Origin: Acidobacteriota bacterium
Lineage (GTDB): Bacteria; Acidobacteriota; Blastocatellia; RBC074
Reading direction: 5' to 3'
NCBI GenBank assembly: GCA_043718445.1
Contig: JAYSVR010000026.1
Coordinates: 2,900 to 66,899, forward strand
Length of the DNA stretch: 64,000 bases
The notes beneath the pieces are model-generated. The model was not told the DNA's origin. It made no database searches and worked only from the letters and a program-made list of their open reading frames with translations. A program made the position numbers and the translations under genes. Of the stretch, positions 19,017-29,324 are shown one piece after another (within the stretch, counting starts at the first letter, position 1; the number at the start of each line of letters is the position of its first letter).

Positions 19017-19406
19017 TTATCGTTTTTCGTAAGTGCTGGACGACCAGTCAGGTAGGTTCGCCAACCTTTTGCGAGCAGCGGCGTCATCGAAATAAACCAT
19101 GATCGTTCCGTCTTCTTTTTGCTTGGCTCGCCAGCCGCGCATGACGAGGACGATTTCCATCGCTTGCGCCAGCGTCACGTCTGAAACCTGCAAATGGATT
19201 TTGGCATCCGTCAGTGATTCATCAAATGCGACGTTAAGCGAAAGGTTCCGGGCCAGATTTTTGAGCGACTCTTTGGCAGAAATATCTTTGAACACAACGT
19301 TCGTCAGGTTCGCCGCTTTGGCAGGAGCGTTTTGCGCCCAAGCCGCAGTCGCACTCAACATCAACACGCAAGCTAACAAAAACACTTTCGACATAATTAC
19401 CTCCAA
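19017..19406 (-). CDS. Small secreted protein with secretin/TonB N-terminal (STN)-like fold, hypothetical
   Basis: Signal peptide MSKVFLLACVLMLSATAAWAQ. The segment NVVFKDISAKESLKNLARNLSLNVAFDESL..VTLAQAMEIVL resembles STN domains. Confidence 0.4.
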   Translation of the reverse strand: MEVIMSKVFLLACVLMLSATAAWAQNAPAKAANLTNVVFKDISAKESLKNLARNLSLNVAFDESLTDAKIHLQVSDVTLAQAMEIVLVMRGWRAKQKEDGTIMVYFDDAAARKRLANLPDWSSSTYEKR

Positions 19407-19433
19407 TAAATCGCACCTGCATTTCAGCGACGG

Positions 19434-19844
19434 TCAGAGCTTCAATATCTCTTGCAACAATTCCCAGTACTCTTTGCTGATAGGCATTACCGAAAGTCTG
19501 GGCAGTCTTACCAGATCGAATTCGCTGAAGGCTTCGTTGGCTTTGATCTCAGCCAACGTGACCGGCGTTTTGACACGGCGTTTGGGTTTGAGATTGATGA
19601 CGACCAGATGTTCGTCGTCAGCATTTGGGTCGGGATAAGCGTCGGTGACGGTTTCGGCGAGACCGACAATCGTCTTCTCGTTGCCGGTGTGATAGATCAA
19701 CACTTCGTCGCCGAGGCGCACCGCGCGCAGGTTTTTGAGCGCCTGATTGTTGCTGACGCCGTCCCAGACGCATTTCTTATCGGCTTCGAGTTGATCGTAG
19801 GAATAGGTTTCGGGTTCGGTTTTGAATAACCAACGTTGTGGCAT
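19434..19844 (-). CDS. EVE (PUA-like) domain protein
   Basis: WLFKTEPETYSYDQLEADKKCVWDGVSNNQALKNLRAVRLGDEVLIYHT is the EVE/DUF55 hallmark. Confidence 0.7.
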   Translation of the reverse strand: MPQRWLFKTEPETYSYDQLEADKKCVWDGVSNNQALKNLRAVRLGDEVLIYHTGNEKTIVGLAETVTDAYPDPNADDEHLVVINLKPKRRVKTPVTLAEIKANEAFSEFDLVRLPRLSVMPISKEYWELLQEILKL

Positions 19845-19997
19845 GGTCTTTCACTCTTCGCGAGCCTGCTGTTTTCTCAGCAAGCGGGTGTGTGTAGCGT
19901 GTTGCACTCGTTGCTTCCTTGTGACGTAAAGCGCACTTTGAAATTACGTGCGGCTCAGGTGAGACAAGCCAAAGGAAGTCAGGGCGAGACAATCAAT

Positions 19998-20477
19998 TTA
20001 TTGCGTTAACGGTTTCGTAAGATCAGCCAGATTGGCATCGGCGGCACGCTGCAAGTCAAGGGGCGCTAAGATCATTTGCAAGCCACGTTGTCCGGCACTG
20101 ACGCTGACAAGGTCGTGCAAAATCGCCGTTTCGTCAAGGTAGACGGGGAACTTTTTCTTCGTGCCCAGGGGCGATACACCGCCGCGAATGTAACCAGTCA
20201 GCCCCTGCAATTCTTTGACGGCGACGAGTTCGATTTTCTTGTTTCCGGTGGCGGCGGCAAACTTCTTCAAATCCAGTTCGGTATCCGCAGGAACGCACGC
20301 CATCACCACGCCAGTCTTGTCGCCGCGCGCAACCAGCGTTTTGAACGTAGCCTCCGGCGGCATATTCACCTTGCGCGCCACGGTGATGGCATCAAGTTCA
20401 TCATCGTTGACTTCATAAGCGCGCAGTTCATAAACGATCTTGAGTTGATCGAGCATACGCGCCGCAATCGTTTTCAT
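19998..20477 (-). CDS. ybaK: Cys-tRNA(Pro)/Cys-tRNA(Cys) deacylase YbaK
   Basis: 159 aa with the YbaK/ProX motif [11 protein letters not shown]. Confidence 0.8.
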   Translation of the reverse strand: MKTIAARMLDQLKIVYELRAYEVNDDELDAITVARKVNMPPEATFKTLVARGDKTGVVMACVPADTELDLKKFAAATGNKKIELVAVKELQGLTGYIRGGVSPLGTKKKFPVYLDETAILHDLVSVSAGQRGLQMILAPLDLQRAADANLADLTKPLTQ

Positions 20478-20497
20478 CGGTTGTCAGTTGTCGGTTG

Positions 20498-22451
20498 TCA
20501 GTTGTGCGCAGCCTTTGCCGCTTCGGTTTCAAGAGCTTTTTCCCAAGCCGTGTATAGTTCTTGCACCTGCATTTCGATGCGCTGGTATTGCGCGTTGAGT
20601 TCCGTCAGTTTGACGTGGTCACGCGCGACGGCCTCAGTAGCCATTTCAGCGAACAGCTCGTCTCGTTGCGCTTCTATCACCTGAATCTGCGCTTCGAGTT
20701 CGGCGGCTTTTGAATTCTGGTTGCGCGACTTGTTCGACTTATTCGACTTGGTTGGAGGCTTGGTGACAACGACCGGCTTGGCAGCCGCCGCTTTTTGCGC
20801 TTCGCGTTCGGCGCGTGCCTGCTCGGTCAGGCGAGCTTGCGCTTCGGTCAGTGCGCGGTGATGCGCTTCATAAAACTCTGTGTAACCACCATCGAAGTAT
20901 TCCGCGCTGCCAGCAGAAAAATACAAAATCTTGGTGCAGATGCGGTCTAGAAAATAACGGTCGTGCGAGACCGTGATGATCGTGCCGTCGTATTCGTTGA
21001 GCGCCTCTTCGAGTGTTTCGCACGAAGCGATGTCAAGATGGTTTGTCGGTTCGTCGAGCAACAACACATTGACGCGCGAATAGATCAGCTTGGCTAACGC
21101 GAGTCGGCCTTTCTCACCACCTGACAATGACGAGACCGATTTGAATACATCGTCGCCGCTGAACAGGAAGCGTCCGAGAAAGCCGCGCAATTCGCCGTCG
21201 GCGACGCCGTGGCCCGCGATGGTGCGCAACTCACCAAGTACGTCGTTGCGGTCATCTACCGTATGCAGCCGTTGATCGTAATAGCCTGTCGCAACGCCGC
21301 TGCCCCAACGCGATTCGCCCGCCAGCGCAGCCTGTTGACCAAGCAAGGTACGCAACAACGTCGTCTTGCCCGTACCGTTGCCGCCGATGATCCCGAGGCG
21401 TTCGCCGCGTCTGAGCAACAAATTCAAATCACTCGCCAACACCTTCGTGCCGTAACCGACCGCGAGGTCTTCGAGCATCAACACCTGATCGCCGGTGCGC
21501 GCCGTCGGCTTGAGTTTGAAATTCGCCGTGTCGAGTTGATTGACGCTTTCGAGGCGTTCGATTTTTTCGAGTTGGGTGCGCCGCGACTTGGCCTGCTTGG
21601 TTTTCTGTCCGGCGAGATTGCGGCGAATGAAATCTTCGGTTTTGGCGATCATGCCTTGCTGCAATTCATAAGCACGTTGTTGCTGTTCGCGGCGCTCTTC
21701 GCGCTGTTCGAGGTATGCGGTGTAATTGCCTTTGTAACTGTCAACCTTGCCGAATTCGAGATCGAGTACGCGCGTGACGGTGTGATCGAGAAAGAACCGG
21801 TCGTGCGAGATGATGAGATAAGCCGACGGATATTTTGAAAGATATTCTTCCAGCCATTCGACCGCGTCTACGTCAAGGTGGTTCGTCGGTTCGTCAAGCA
21901 ACAGAATGTCAGGTTCGAGCAACAGCAAACGCGCCAGGCCGAGACGATTCTTTTCGCCGCCCGATAGGCTTTCGGCGCGCTTGTCGAATTCGTCTTTAGC
22001 AAAACCTAAACCCAACAACACGCCCTCGGCGCGCGAGTGATAGGTGAATCCGCCGCCGTCTTCATAGGCGTGTTGCGCGTCGCTGTATTCATGCATCACG
22101 CGGTCGAGTTCATCGCCTTGCGCTTCGCCCATCGTGTGTTCGAGTTCGCGCATCTGGGTTTCGAGCGCGATCAATGGACTGAACACTTGCAACGCGGCGT
22201 CGAGTACGGTGTCGGCTCCAGCAAAATCTACGTGTTGCGCGAGTACTCCGACGCGGAAGCCTTTCATCCGTTCGAGTTCGCCGTTGTCATGCGACTCGGT
22301 ACCGTTAATCAGCCGAAAGATCGTGGTCTTGCCCGCGCCGTTGCGCCCGACCAGACCGACGTGTTCGCCGGGATTGAGTTGAAAGCTGACACCTTTGAGT
22401 ACGTCCTGGGTGCCGTAAGATTTGGTTACATCTGCGAGACGAAAAAGCATA
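20498..22451 (-). CDS. ABC-F family ATPase (two ABC cassettes plus a Lys/Ala-rich C-terminal coiled coil; Uup/EttA-like)
   Basis: Two Walker A motifs (GRNGAGKTT, GGNGTGKTT) and two LSGGEK signatures. The track start at 22507 gives an implausible N-terminus, so the start is more likely ATG 22449-22451 (MLFRLADVTKSYG). Confidence 0.85.
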
Positions 22452-22562
22452 AGTAGTGAAACGGAAAGTGAAGGAGAGAACGCAAGAAGGAGAGACCGAA
22501 AAGACAAAATACCGCGATTGTCTCTCGGCCTCTCCTTCTCTCAGTCTTAACTTTCTTGCTGT

Positions 22563-23720
22563 CTATTTTTTAGGTGTAGCTGCCGCTGCCGCTGCCGGTG
22601 AAGCTGCTGCCGCCGCAGGCGCTGCGTTCATCACCGGACGCAACACGCCGAAGCTGTTCGGATTGCCCAGCGTTGACGTAGCGAGAACGTTGTCAATTTT
22701 CGCTTCGTCCCGGGCGCGGGTGAGCAAAGCCGCGTTCAACAACTGACGGCGTTGATTCAGGATGTAATCCGAAATCTGTTTGCGAACTTCGGCATCTTCC
22801 ACTGTCAATTGGCGGCGTTCGGTACGCTTTTGCGTGAGCTTGAAAATATGAAAGCGTCCGCGTTGATCTTTCAACGGGCCGATGCGGTCGCCTTCGCTCA
22901 TTGCCATGAGTTTGGCTCCGAGGTCGGCGGGTAATCCGGCTTGCGCGAGTCCGGCAAATTGCGTTTGCGGAATGAAGGGCAGATCGCCCGCTTGCAACGC
23001 GCTTTGGTCTTCTGACTGGCCGCGCGCCAACGTAGCGAAATCGGTTCCGCTGGCTAACCGACGACTGATGTCGGTGATCTTGGCCTGCGCGGCGACCGGG
23101 TCTTTCGCGTCGTTTTTCATGCCGTTGTCACCGGGGTCAACAATGATGTCGGCCACCGCGACGCCGGGTTCGGCAATGAACTGTTGCGGATTGGATTTGA
23201 AAAAGTCTGTGATCTCACGGTCTTGCACTTTCAACGTCGCACCGAGCTTGTCTTGCATCTTCTGAATCGCCATCTGTTTGCGAATGTCAGCGCGTACGCC
23301 CTCTTGCGTCTGGCCGCTGGTTTTCAACTGCTTGTCGAACTCTTCTTCCGTCATCCCCGCTTCCTGCTTTTGCTTCTGAATGAACTCGTTGATCTCTTGA
23401 TCGGTCGGATTGATGCCGTCTTTCTGTGCGCGTTGAAACAGCACTTCCTGCTGAATCAATTCGTCCAGCACCTGCAATCGCGCCGTAGCGAGTTCGAGCG
23501 GAGACAGCGAATTCTCAGCCGCCTGGCGTTTGGTCAGGCGGTCAACTTCTTCAACGGTGATGGTCGTACCGTTGACGGTCGCTGCGGCTTCTTTGCCGCC
23601 GCTGCTCGTGGTTGAAGTCGAAGCGCCGCCGCTGCCGCCGCAAGCGGAAAGCAAAAGCGACAGACTCAATAAGCCAATCATAAAATTGGCGGTGGGGATG
23701 GCAATGAGATTTTTTCTCAC
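22563..23720 (-). CDS. SurA/PrsA-like peptidyl-prolyl isomerase lipoprotein (parvulin-type)
   Basis: Lipobox LLLSACGG. A SurA-N-like helical region is followed by a parvulin-like segment. The C-terminal tail is Ala-rich. Confidence 0.6.
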   Translation of the reverse strand: MRKNLIAIPTANFMIGLLSLSLLLSACGGSGGASTSTTSSGGKEAAATVNGTTITVEEVDRLTKRQAAENSLSPLELATARLQVLDELIQQEVLFQRAQKDGINPTDQEINEFIQKQKQEAGMTEEEFDKQLKTSGQTQEGVRADIRKQMAIQKMQDKLGATLKVQDREITDFFKSNPQQFIAEPGVAVADIIVDPGDNGMKNDAKDPVAAQAKITDISRRLASGTDFATLARGQSEDQSALQAGDLPFIPQTQFAGLAQAGLPADLGAKLMAMSEGDRIGPLKDQRGRFHIFKLTQKRTERRQLTVEDAEVRKQISDYILNQRRQLLNAALLTRARDEAKIDNVLATSTLGNPNSFGVLRPVMNAAPAAAAASPAAAAAATPKK

Positions 23721-23747
23721 GGTGTTATTTAGCTCCTTAAAAATGGG

Positions 23748-23813
23748 TAGGACAGGTTCGTAACCTGTCCGCTTTCCGCTGACGGTAGGACAGGTTACGA
23801 ACCTGTCCTACCC
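23748..23813. repeat. Tandem pair of REP-like hairpins (ggacaggtt-cgt-aacctgtcc and ggtaggacaggtt-acg-aacctgtcctacc), probable ridA terminator
   Basis: Read from the sequence. The second hairpin is followed on the minus strand by ttttt. The same gtagg.caggtt core recurs at 40654. Confidence 0.5.
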
Positions 23814-23820
23814 AACTACG

Positions 23821-24195
23821 TTAGGCCAACGCGATCACTTCGATTTCGACTTTCACATCACGCGGCAAGCGCGCGACTTCAACGGTTGAACGCGCCGGTT
23901 TCGACGCGTCAAAAAACTTGGCGTAAACCTCATTCAACGCGGCGAAATCATTCATGTCCTTGATAAACACCGTCGTCTTGACGACGCGACTCAACGACGA
24001 ACCAGCCGCTTCGAGTACGGCTTGCGCGTTCAGCAGCACGCGTTCGGTTTGGGCTTTGATGTCGCCCTCGACAACTTGCATCGTCGCGGGGTCGAGCGGA
24101 ATTTGCCCCGAACAAAAGATCAGGCCGTTGGCCTTGATCGCTTGCGAATAAGGGCCGATAGCCGCCGGAGCCTGCGCGGTCTGAATGATTTCCAT
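23821..24195 (-). CDS. ridA: RidA/YjgF family reactive-intermediate deaminase
   Basis: [36 protein letters not shown] is the canonical RidA N-terminus, with a C-terminal R..VEV motif. The start is the internal ATG at 24193-24195. Confidence 0.8.
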   Translation of the reverse strand: MEIIQTAQAPAAIGPYSQAIKANGLIFCSGQIPLDPATMQVVEGDIKAQTERVLLNAQAVLEAAGSSLSRVVKTTVFIKDMNDFAALNEVYAKFFDASKPARSTVEVARLPRDVKVEIEVIALA

Positions 24196-24343
24196 CGCGT
24201 GATGTGTCCTTCGGTAATTGCGTTGGGGTTTGAAATTAAGGCGCGGATTGTACGGAGCCATTGCGCGGAAAGCAAAGCCGCGAATTGACTCACTTAATAA
24301 CTACGAGAAGGCGAAGGATTGATATTGCCAATGGGCCAACTGG

Positions 24344-25393
24344 TTACGTGATCGTAGCGGCAAAAGCGTCGTCGTTGAGGTGGGGATAAGCAGAGTAAAT
24401 GCGATCAATCTCTGCCATCTGCCCGGGCGAGAGGTCTTCGCGCCGATCAAGACACCAGCGCCCGGCGAGCAAGCCCTGGCGGCGCAACACTTCATGCAAT
24501 CCGGCAATACAGCCTGCGAAATTATTCCGCGCGTCGAAAAGCACCGCGTTGGCGTCAGTGATTTCAGCCGAACGCGCCAACAATTCATACGCATTCCGCC
24601 CGCCGTTACGTTTGCACTCGCGCACAGCGTCGAGCAATTCGACGGCGCGTTTCGTCCACACGGCCCAGTGTCCGAGCAAACCGCCCGCAAAATGAATTGA
24701 AATCGTTTCGCTTCCGCGCGGCAAACGAAATTCCGTCAGCAGGTCGCCTACGATGTTGTCGTCGTTGCCGGTGTAAAGCGCGACCTCAGCGTGACGCCCG
24801 CTGTCGGCCAGCGCACGCACTACGTCAAGTGTTTGATAACGGTTGAACGGCGCGACTTTAATGGCAACGACGTTTTCGATTTCGAGAAACGCGCGCCAGA
24901 AAGCGTAATCAAGCAGGCGACCGCCTACGGCAGGTTGCAGGTAAAAACCGAACAGCGGAATGGTTTCGGCAACGCGACGGCAATGCGCGAGCAGCTCGTC
25001 ATTCGAGGCTTCGTTGAGCGCGGCGAGACTAAGCAAGCCTGCGTCGTAACCGGCTGCGAGCGCGAACGCAGCTTCTTTCACGGCTTGTTCGGTCTTACCG
25101 CATACGCCTGCAATTTTGACGAGTCGTTTGTTGTTGGCCTTTTCAAACTCGCGCGCCGTCGCTATCGCCAATTGCAAGACCGGCTCGAACAAACCGACCT
25201 TCGGCTCACGAATCGCAAATTGCGTAGTGTGTACGCCAATCGCCAAGCCACCGGCTCCGGCGGCGCAATAATATCTGGTCAACCGAGCCTGACGCTGCTC
25301 GTCCAGTGTGCGTTCAGCGGTCAACGCCAACGGATGCGCGGGAATTACGAGGCCTGCCAGCAAGGCTTGGCGAATGATCGGATCAACAGACAA
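24344..25393 (-). CDS. Dihydrodipicolinate synthase/N-acetylneuraminate lyase-family (class I aldolase) protein, tentative
   Basis: 349-aa TIM-barrel-like ORF with weak similarity to DapA-like aldolases. Assigned from overall pattern only. Confidence 0.4.
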   Translation of the reverse strand: MSVDPIIRQALLAGLVIPAHPLALTAERTLDEQRQARLTRYYCAAGAGGLAIGVHTTQFAIREPKVGLFEPVLQLAIATAREFEKANNKRLVKIAGVCGKTEQAVKEAAFALAAGYDAGLLSLAALNEASNDELLAHCRRVAETIPLFGFYLQPAVGGRLLDYAFWRAFLEIENVVAIKVAPFNRYQTLDVVRALADSGRHAEVALYTGNDDNIVGDLLTEFRLPRGSETISIHFAGGLLGHWAVWTKRAVELLDAVRECKRNGGRNAYELLARSAEITDANAVLFDARNNFAGCIAGLHEVLRRQGLLAGRWCLDRREDLSPGQMAEIDRIYSAYPHLNDDAFAATIT

Positions 25394-25420
25394 GGCGATT
25401 TTCTCCTGCTCAAAACTCTT

Positions 25421-26443
25421 TCAGAACTTTCCGTCGGTGACTTCAAATTTCGTAGGTTTGTTCAAACTCGCGCCGCCGCTTTCAACCCAATGCGCGACCA
25501 TTTCCATCAACGTCAAAGCCGACACCGACGGATAGCCCAACCGCGAATGGCACAAGGCTGCATTGTTCAGCAGTGCGATTGCTGAAGGCTCACCTTGATA
25601 GAGAACTTCGCGCTGAAAGCGATGCGCAAAAAATTCCGCCGTACGTTGCGTCGAAAGCGTTTCAGGTCCGGTGACGTTCAAGATGCGCGGCGGCGTATCG
25701 CACAACTCAATGGCGCGCAGCGCATAAGAATTCGCATCGCCTTGCCAGATGACGTTGAACGCGGCGACTGAAAGATTCACCGGCTCGCCTGCATGAACTT
25801 TTCTGGCAATGTCTACTAATACGCCGTAGCGCAAATCCACCGCGTAATTCAGCCGAAACAACAAACAGCGCGTGCCGTGTTCGCGCGCGAAGTATTCAAA
25901 GATGCGTTCGCGCCCCAAACACGATTGCGCGTACTCGCCTTGCGGCGCAGGCGCATCGCTCTCAATCGAACCGCCCGAAGCCGCGCTGACAAACGGATAA
26001 ACATTGCCCGTCGAAAACGCGACAATGCGCGAAGAGCGATAGCGTTCAGCCACGAGCGCGGGCGTGTATGTGTTGCTCGCCCACGTGAGATCGCCGCGTT
26101 CGGTCGAACCGAACTTGCGCCCCGCGAGAAACCAGACGTTTTCGCAATCGGGCAACTGGTTGATTTGCGCGCGGTCGAGCAAATCGCAGGTGATGGTTTC
26201 GACGCCTGCGATTTCGAGTTCGGCGCGTGCTGATGACGAAGCAAAACGCGAAACCGCAATTACGCGGCGCATGCCATTCACCGCTTGCGCAGCGCGTTGC
26301 ATCAAGCGCGCCAACGACGGCCCCATCTTTCCGCCCGCGCCGAGAATTAATACGTCGCCCGTCAAGCGTCGCATGCAATCAATGTCAGCCGGTGAAGGCG
26401 TGGCAAGTAAGTCTTCGAGTTGTTGTTCGGTGGATGGAAGCAT
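25421..26443 (-). CDS. NAD-dependent epimerase/dehydratase family protein
   Basis: Rossmann motif VLILGAGGKMG. The start is set at ATG 26441-26443 (MLPSTEQQ) to avoid overlap with the upstream GNAT gene. Confidence 0.65.
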   Translation of the reverse strand: MLPSTEQQLEDLLATPSPADIDCMRRLTGDVLILGAGGKMGPSLARLMQRAAQAVNGMRRVIAVSRFASSSARAELEIAGVETITCDLLDRAQINQLPDCENVWFLAGRKFGSTERGDLTWASNTYTPALVAERYRSSRIVAFSTGNVYPFVSAASGGSIESDAPAPQGEYAQSCLGRERIFEYFAREHGTRCLLFRLNYAVDLRYGVLVDIARKVHAGEPVNLSVAAFNVIWQGDANSYALRAIELCDTPPRILNVTGPETLSTQRTAEFFAHRFQREVLYQGEPSAIALLNNAALCHSRLGYPSVSALTLMEMVAHWVESGGASLNKPTKFEVTDGKF

Positions 26444-26453
26444 CAAAAGATTC

Positions 26454-27317
26454 TCAGCCAAACTCCGGCCCCACAATAGCGAATTGTTTTTCAGGCAATC
26501 CGATAAAAGCATTGGAGCCGCGACACATACGCAAAAAAGAACGCTGTTCACGAAAGCCAATAGCGGTTAGCCACGCCAGCCACTCGGCATTGTGATGCAA
26601 CGCGTCGAGATAAAACGGCTTGCCGTTTTGTTCATTAAGACACGCTTTCACCAATTCACGCGCCGTCACCAAATCGTGCGCAATCACCGGCCCCAAATGT
26701 TCAGCGTTCTGTCCGTGGCGTCCGAAACAATAGCCCGTGATGGCTTCGCGCTCCTCTTTCGCCCAAGCGTATTCGGGTGCGCCCGCGAACATCCATTCCA
26801 ACAACGCGCGACGGTCTGCTCCAAAAACTTCACGATCATAGTTTGAGATTGCCGATAAGTCTGCGGGCCGCATTCGGCGCAGTGACTGAGTTGGAGGCGG
26901 CAGCTTTACGCAGTTGCTGACGACAGCTTCCATTCGACTCAAGCCATATTCGCCTACGAAACCGAGTTGAAGATAGACAGGCTGTCCCGCTGGCGTCGCA
27001 TCTAATCGAATAACTGGTCGAACATCTGGCACATCGCGCAAGATCGCCAACGCTTCATTCATCAAGCGCGTACCGATGCCTTGCCCGCGAAACGCCGGAT
27101 CAACCAACACCATCGCTATCCAACTAAAGCGGTTTTCGTAATTGATCGTAGCGACCGTGCCGATGACTTGATCGTCTTTGAGGGCTACGCGACAACCGTG
27201 CGGGCTGAGGTTGAGAAAGCATTCCCAATCGCGGCGCGTCTGATTCCAATGGCTGGCGCGACAAAGGCGCAAACCAAGCTCAATATCGGCAGCCTTCATT
27301 TCACGAAAGCTAAACAT
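26454..27317 (-). CDS. GNAT family N-acetyltransferase (two-domain)
   Basis: Acetyl-CoA binding motif RGQGIGTRLMNEAL. The start MFSFREMK at 27315-27317 overlaps the upstream stop codon. Confidence 0.7.
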   Translation of the reverse strand: MFSFREMKAADIELGLRLCRASHWNQTRRDWECFLNLSPHGCRVALKDDQVIGTVATINYENRFSWIAMVLVDPAFRGQGIGTRLMNEALAILRDVPDVRPVIRLDATPAGQPVYLQLGFVGEYGLSRMEAVVSNCVKLPPPTQSLRRMRPADLSAISNYDREVFGADRRALLEWMFAGAPEYAWAKEEREAITGYCFGRHGQNAEHLGPVIAHDLVTARELVKACLNEQNGKPFYLDALHHNAEWLAWLTAIGFREQRSFLRMCRGSNAFIGLPEKQFAIVGPEFG

Positions 27318-28236
27318 AGGCTTCGGCAATGCGCGCCTTGAGAAAAGCCAGATCGCTGACGGCGGCGGCGAGCGTGTTGTCATCTTTTTCGACTGCCGTC
27401 TTACCTGCAATTTCGTATTCGACGTGCAGCGAAATCGGCCCGTGAAAATTGGCTTGGGCAAGCGTCTGGCAAACGGACTTCCAATCCACCATGCCTTCGC
27501 CCAGCGGACAATCTTTGATGCGCCAGCCTTTTGCCGATTTTTCCCAATAAAAATCTTTGACCGCCATCATCTTGATGCGCGGCGCGATGTGCAGCAATGC
27601 GCTTTTCCAACCGCCTGCGCCGCCTTCGGCTACCGTGTGGCGCGGGTCGAAATAATAACCCGCCCAACGCGCATCGAGCGCTTCGATAAACGGCGCGAAA
27701 TCCCAAATTGGCCCGCCGATATAACTCGAATGATTGTGAAATCCGGCTTGTATCTTGTGCTGTCTGCCGAGTTCGACCAACGTGCGAAAGGCTTGCGCAG
27801 CCTGTTCCTGTTCGCGGCGAATGTTGGCGTAAGCGTATTTGTAATAACCCGGTTTGAAATACGAAATGCCTAACTGGCCTGCCGCCGCCAGAATCGGCGC
27901 GGCGGTCGCATCCTGTGACGACAACAAGCCAGTCGTAATCATCGGCACTTCGAGTGACTCGGCACGAATGGCGGCGACGGCTTTGGGTAAGTCCTCGGCA
28001 GCGCGTACTGGCTCGACGTGTCCGCCGGGACGCACCGTCAAATCAATGCCGGTGAAGCCCGCGCGCTTGACGGTTTGCGCCAACGGCTGCCAGTCCAACG
28101 TGGGCAAGTGCTTTGAGAAAAAACAGAGCTTGCCCACATAACCGGCGGCGGTCGGCGATGAGTTCACCAGCAAGGCAGAACTCGTAGTGGCGATAAATTC
28201 GCGTCGCGTTAGTTTCATCGGTTTCCCCTTTTCCAT
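27310..28236 (-). CDS. Sugar phosphate isomerase/epimerase (xylose-isomerase-like TIM barrel), TAT-exported
   Basis: Twin-arginine signal MKLTRREFIATTSSALL. AP-endonuclease-2/xylose-isomerase-like TIM barrel motifs are present. Confidence 0.7.
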   Translation of the reverse strand: MEKGKPMKLTRREFIATTSSALLVNSSPTAAGYVGKLCFFSKHLPTLDWQPLAQTVKRAGFTGIDLTVRPGGHVEPVRAAEDLPKAVAAIRAESLEVPMITTGLLSSQDATAAPILAAAGQLGISYFKPGYYKYAYANIRREQEQAAQAFRTLVELGRQHKIQAGFHNHSSYIGGPIWDFAPFIEALDARWAGYYFDPRHTVAEGGAGGWKSALLHIAPRIKMMAVKDFYWEKSAKGWRIKDCPLGEGMVDWKSVCQTLAQANFHGPISLHVEYEIAGKTAVEKDDNTLAAAVSDLAFLKARIAEAYV

Positions 28237-28259
28237 CTCAAGTCAGGTTGATCGCGGCT

Positions 28260-29324
28260 TCAGTGTTTTCCGTTCGCCGCGCCCCGCGCAGGCACGTGAG
28301 CACGTAACCAGCGATCCAACGCCGCTTTGCTTTCCAGCGCGACTGGTTGTTTTAAGTCAATCAGTTGATTCAGCAAAAGCTCGACACTCTCTAACGAGAG
28401 CCGTCCCAGCCGTTTGGTAGTAGCTTCGTTCAACGAACCCAGACGTTGTGTTAAAAGCAATAGCACGATTTCGAGCTTGCCTTCGCGTTTACCTTTCTCC
28501 AAGCCTTTCTCCAAGCCTTTCTCCAGGCCTTCCGCCAAACCTTTCTCCAGACCTTCCTCCCTACCTTTCGCCAGTCCTTCTTGTTTCCAAGTCGTTGCAT
28601 AAGAGGTTGCATATTGCATAACAGTTTCTTTCTCCTTCGGTTCAAAACAATCTACTTCTGTTTCAAATTCGGTGGTCTGTGCGGGAGTCAACGGCAGATA
28701 AGCGTCAATGAAATGCCACAACGGCCACCGCTTCTTTTCAGGTAATTGCAATCGGGCCAGCATGCGCAAACAAGCGGCGCGAACTTTCGGACGTTCTTTC
28801 GGTTCGACTCCCATTTTCGCCATCAAGGCGCTCGCCACTGGATTGTCGCGTTGCAAATAGTCGCGCCAGTCAAGTCGGTTTAATTGAATCGTGGCGAAGT
28901 TGAATTCCAGCACACGCCGATCAGGAAACTCAACTTTATACTGCCCCGGTTCCGCCGCGCGCGGGCTGTCCCACGAAAACAGCGCAATCGGATAAACCGG
29001 CAGATCGTGTTTATAGCTCTGCACGGCGAAGTAATAAAACATCCGTTTGGGCGACCAGCCGCGCTTGCCCGATTGCACTTCAGTGTGAATCAGGAAATAA
29101 GTCGGCTGTCCGCGCAAGCGCGCCTTGACCAACAGATCAACCGCGCGCCGTTCGTTTGAGGTAATTTCGCCGAAACTTTCCTGTTCAATAAACTCAAGGG
29201 AATTCACATCAAGGTGGCGCACCACTTCGGGCAAAAACAATTCGAGGAAGTCTACGAAACAAACGCGCAGCACTTCCTTGAAAAGCTGATCGTGTTCGAT
29301 GGGTTGGCGCTTGGGTTGTTTCAT
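28260..29324 (-). CDS. Rpn-family (YhgA-like) recombination-promoting nuclease / putative transposase with a C-terminal DUF4351-like tail
   Basis: The N-terminus HDQLFKEVL...FLIHTEVQS is the PD-(D/E)XK YhgA-like core. The C-terminus has an EGLEKGL tandem repeat encoded by a 12-nt periodic DNA repeat at 28489-28570. The start ATG overlaps the upstream enolase stop codon (ATGA). Confidence 0.65.
   Translation of the reverse strand: MKQPKRQPIEHDQLFKEVLRVCFVDFLELFLPEVVRHLDVNSLEFIEQESFGEITSNERRAVDLLVKARLRGQPTYFLIHTEVQSGKRGWSPKRMFYYFAVQSYKHDLPVYPIALFSWDSPRAAEPGQYKVEFPDRRVLEFNFATIQLNRLDWRDYLQRDNPVASALMAKMGVEPKERPKVRAACLRMLARLQLPEKKRWPLWHFIDAYLPLTPAQTTEFETEVDCFEPKEKETVMQYATSYATTWKQEGLAKGREEGLEKGLAEGLEKGLEKGLEKGKREGKLEIVLLLLTQRLGSLNEATTKRLGRLSLESVELLLNQLIDLKQPVALESKAALDRWLRAHVPARGAANGKH

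Noticed and set aside
22452-22507. Upstream start of the ABC-F gene (MSFRSLLLAFSPSLSVSLL...)
   Set aside because: ABC-F proteins begin about 5 residues before the first beta strand (MLFRLADVTKSYG). The extension is low-complexity read-through.
28489-28570. Short tandem repeats (12-nt period, 6 units) that might be taken for a CRISPR-like or VNTR array
   Set aside because: They lie inside the Rpn-family CDS and encode an EGLEKGL amino-acid repeat. There are no spacers and no cas genes. No CRISPR array was seen anywhere in the window.
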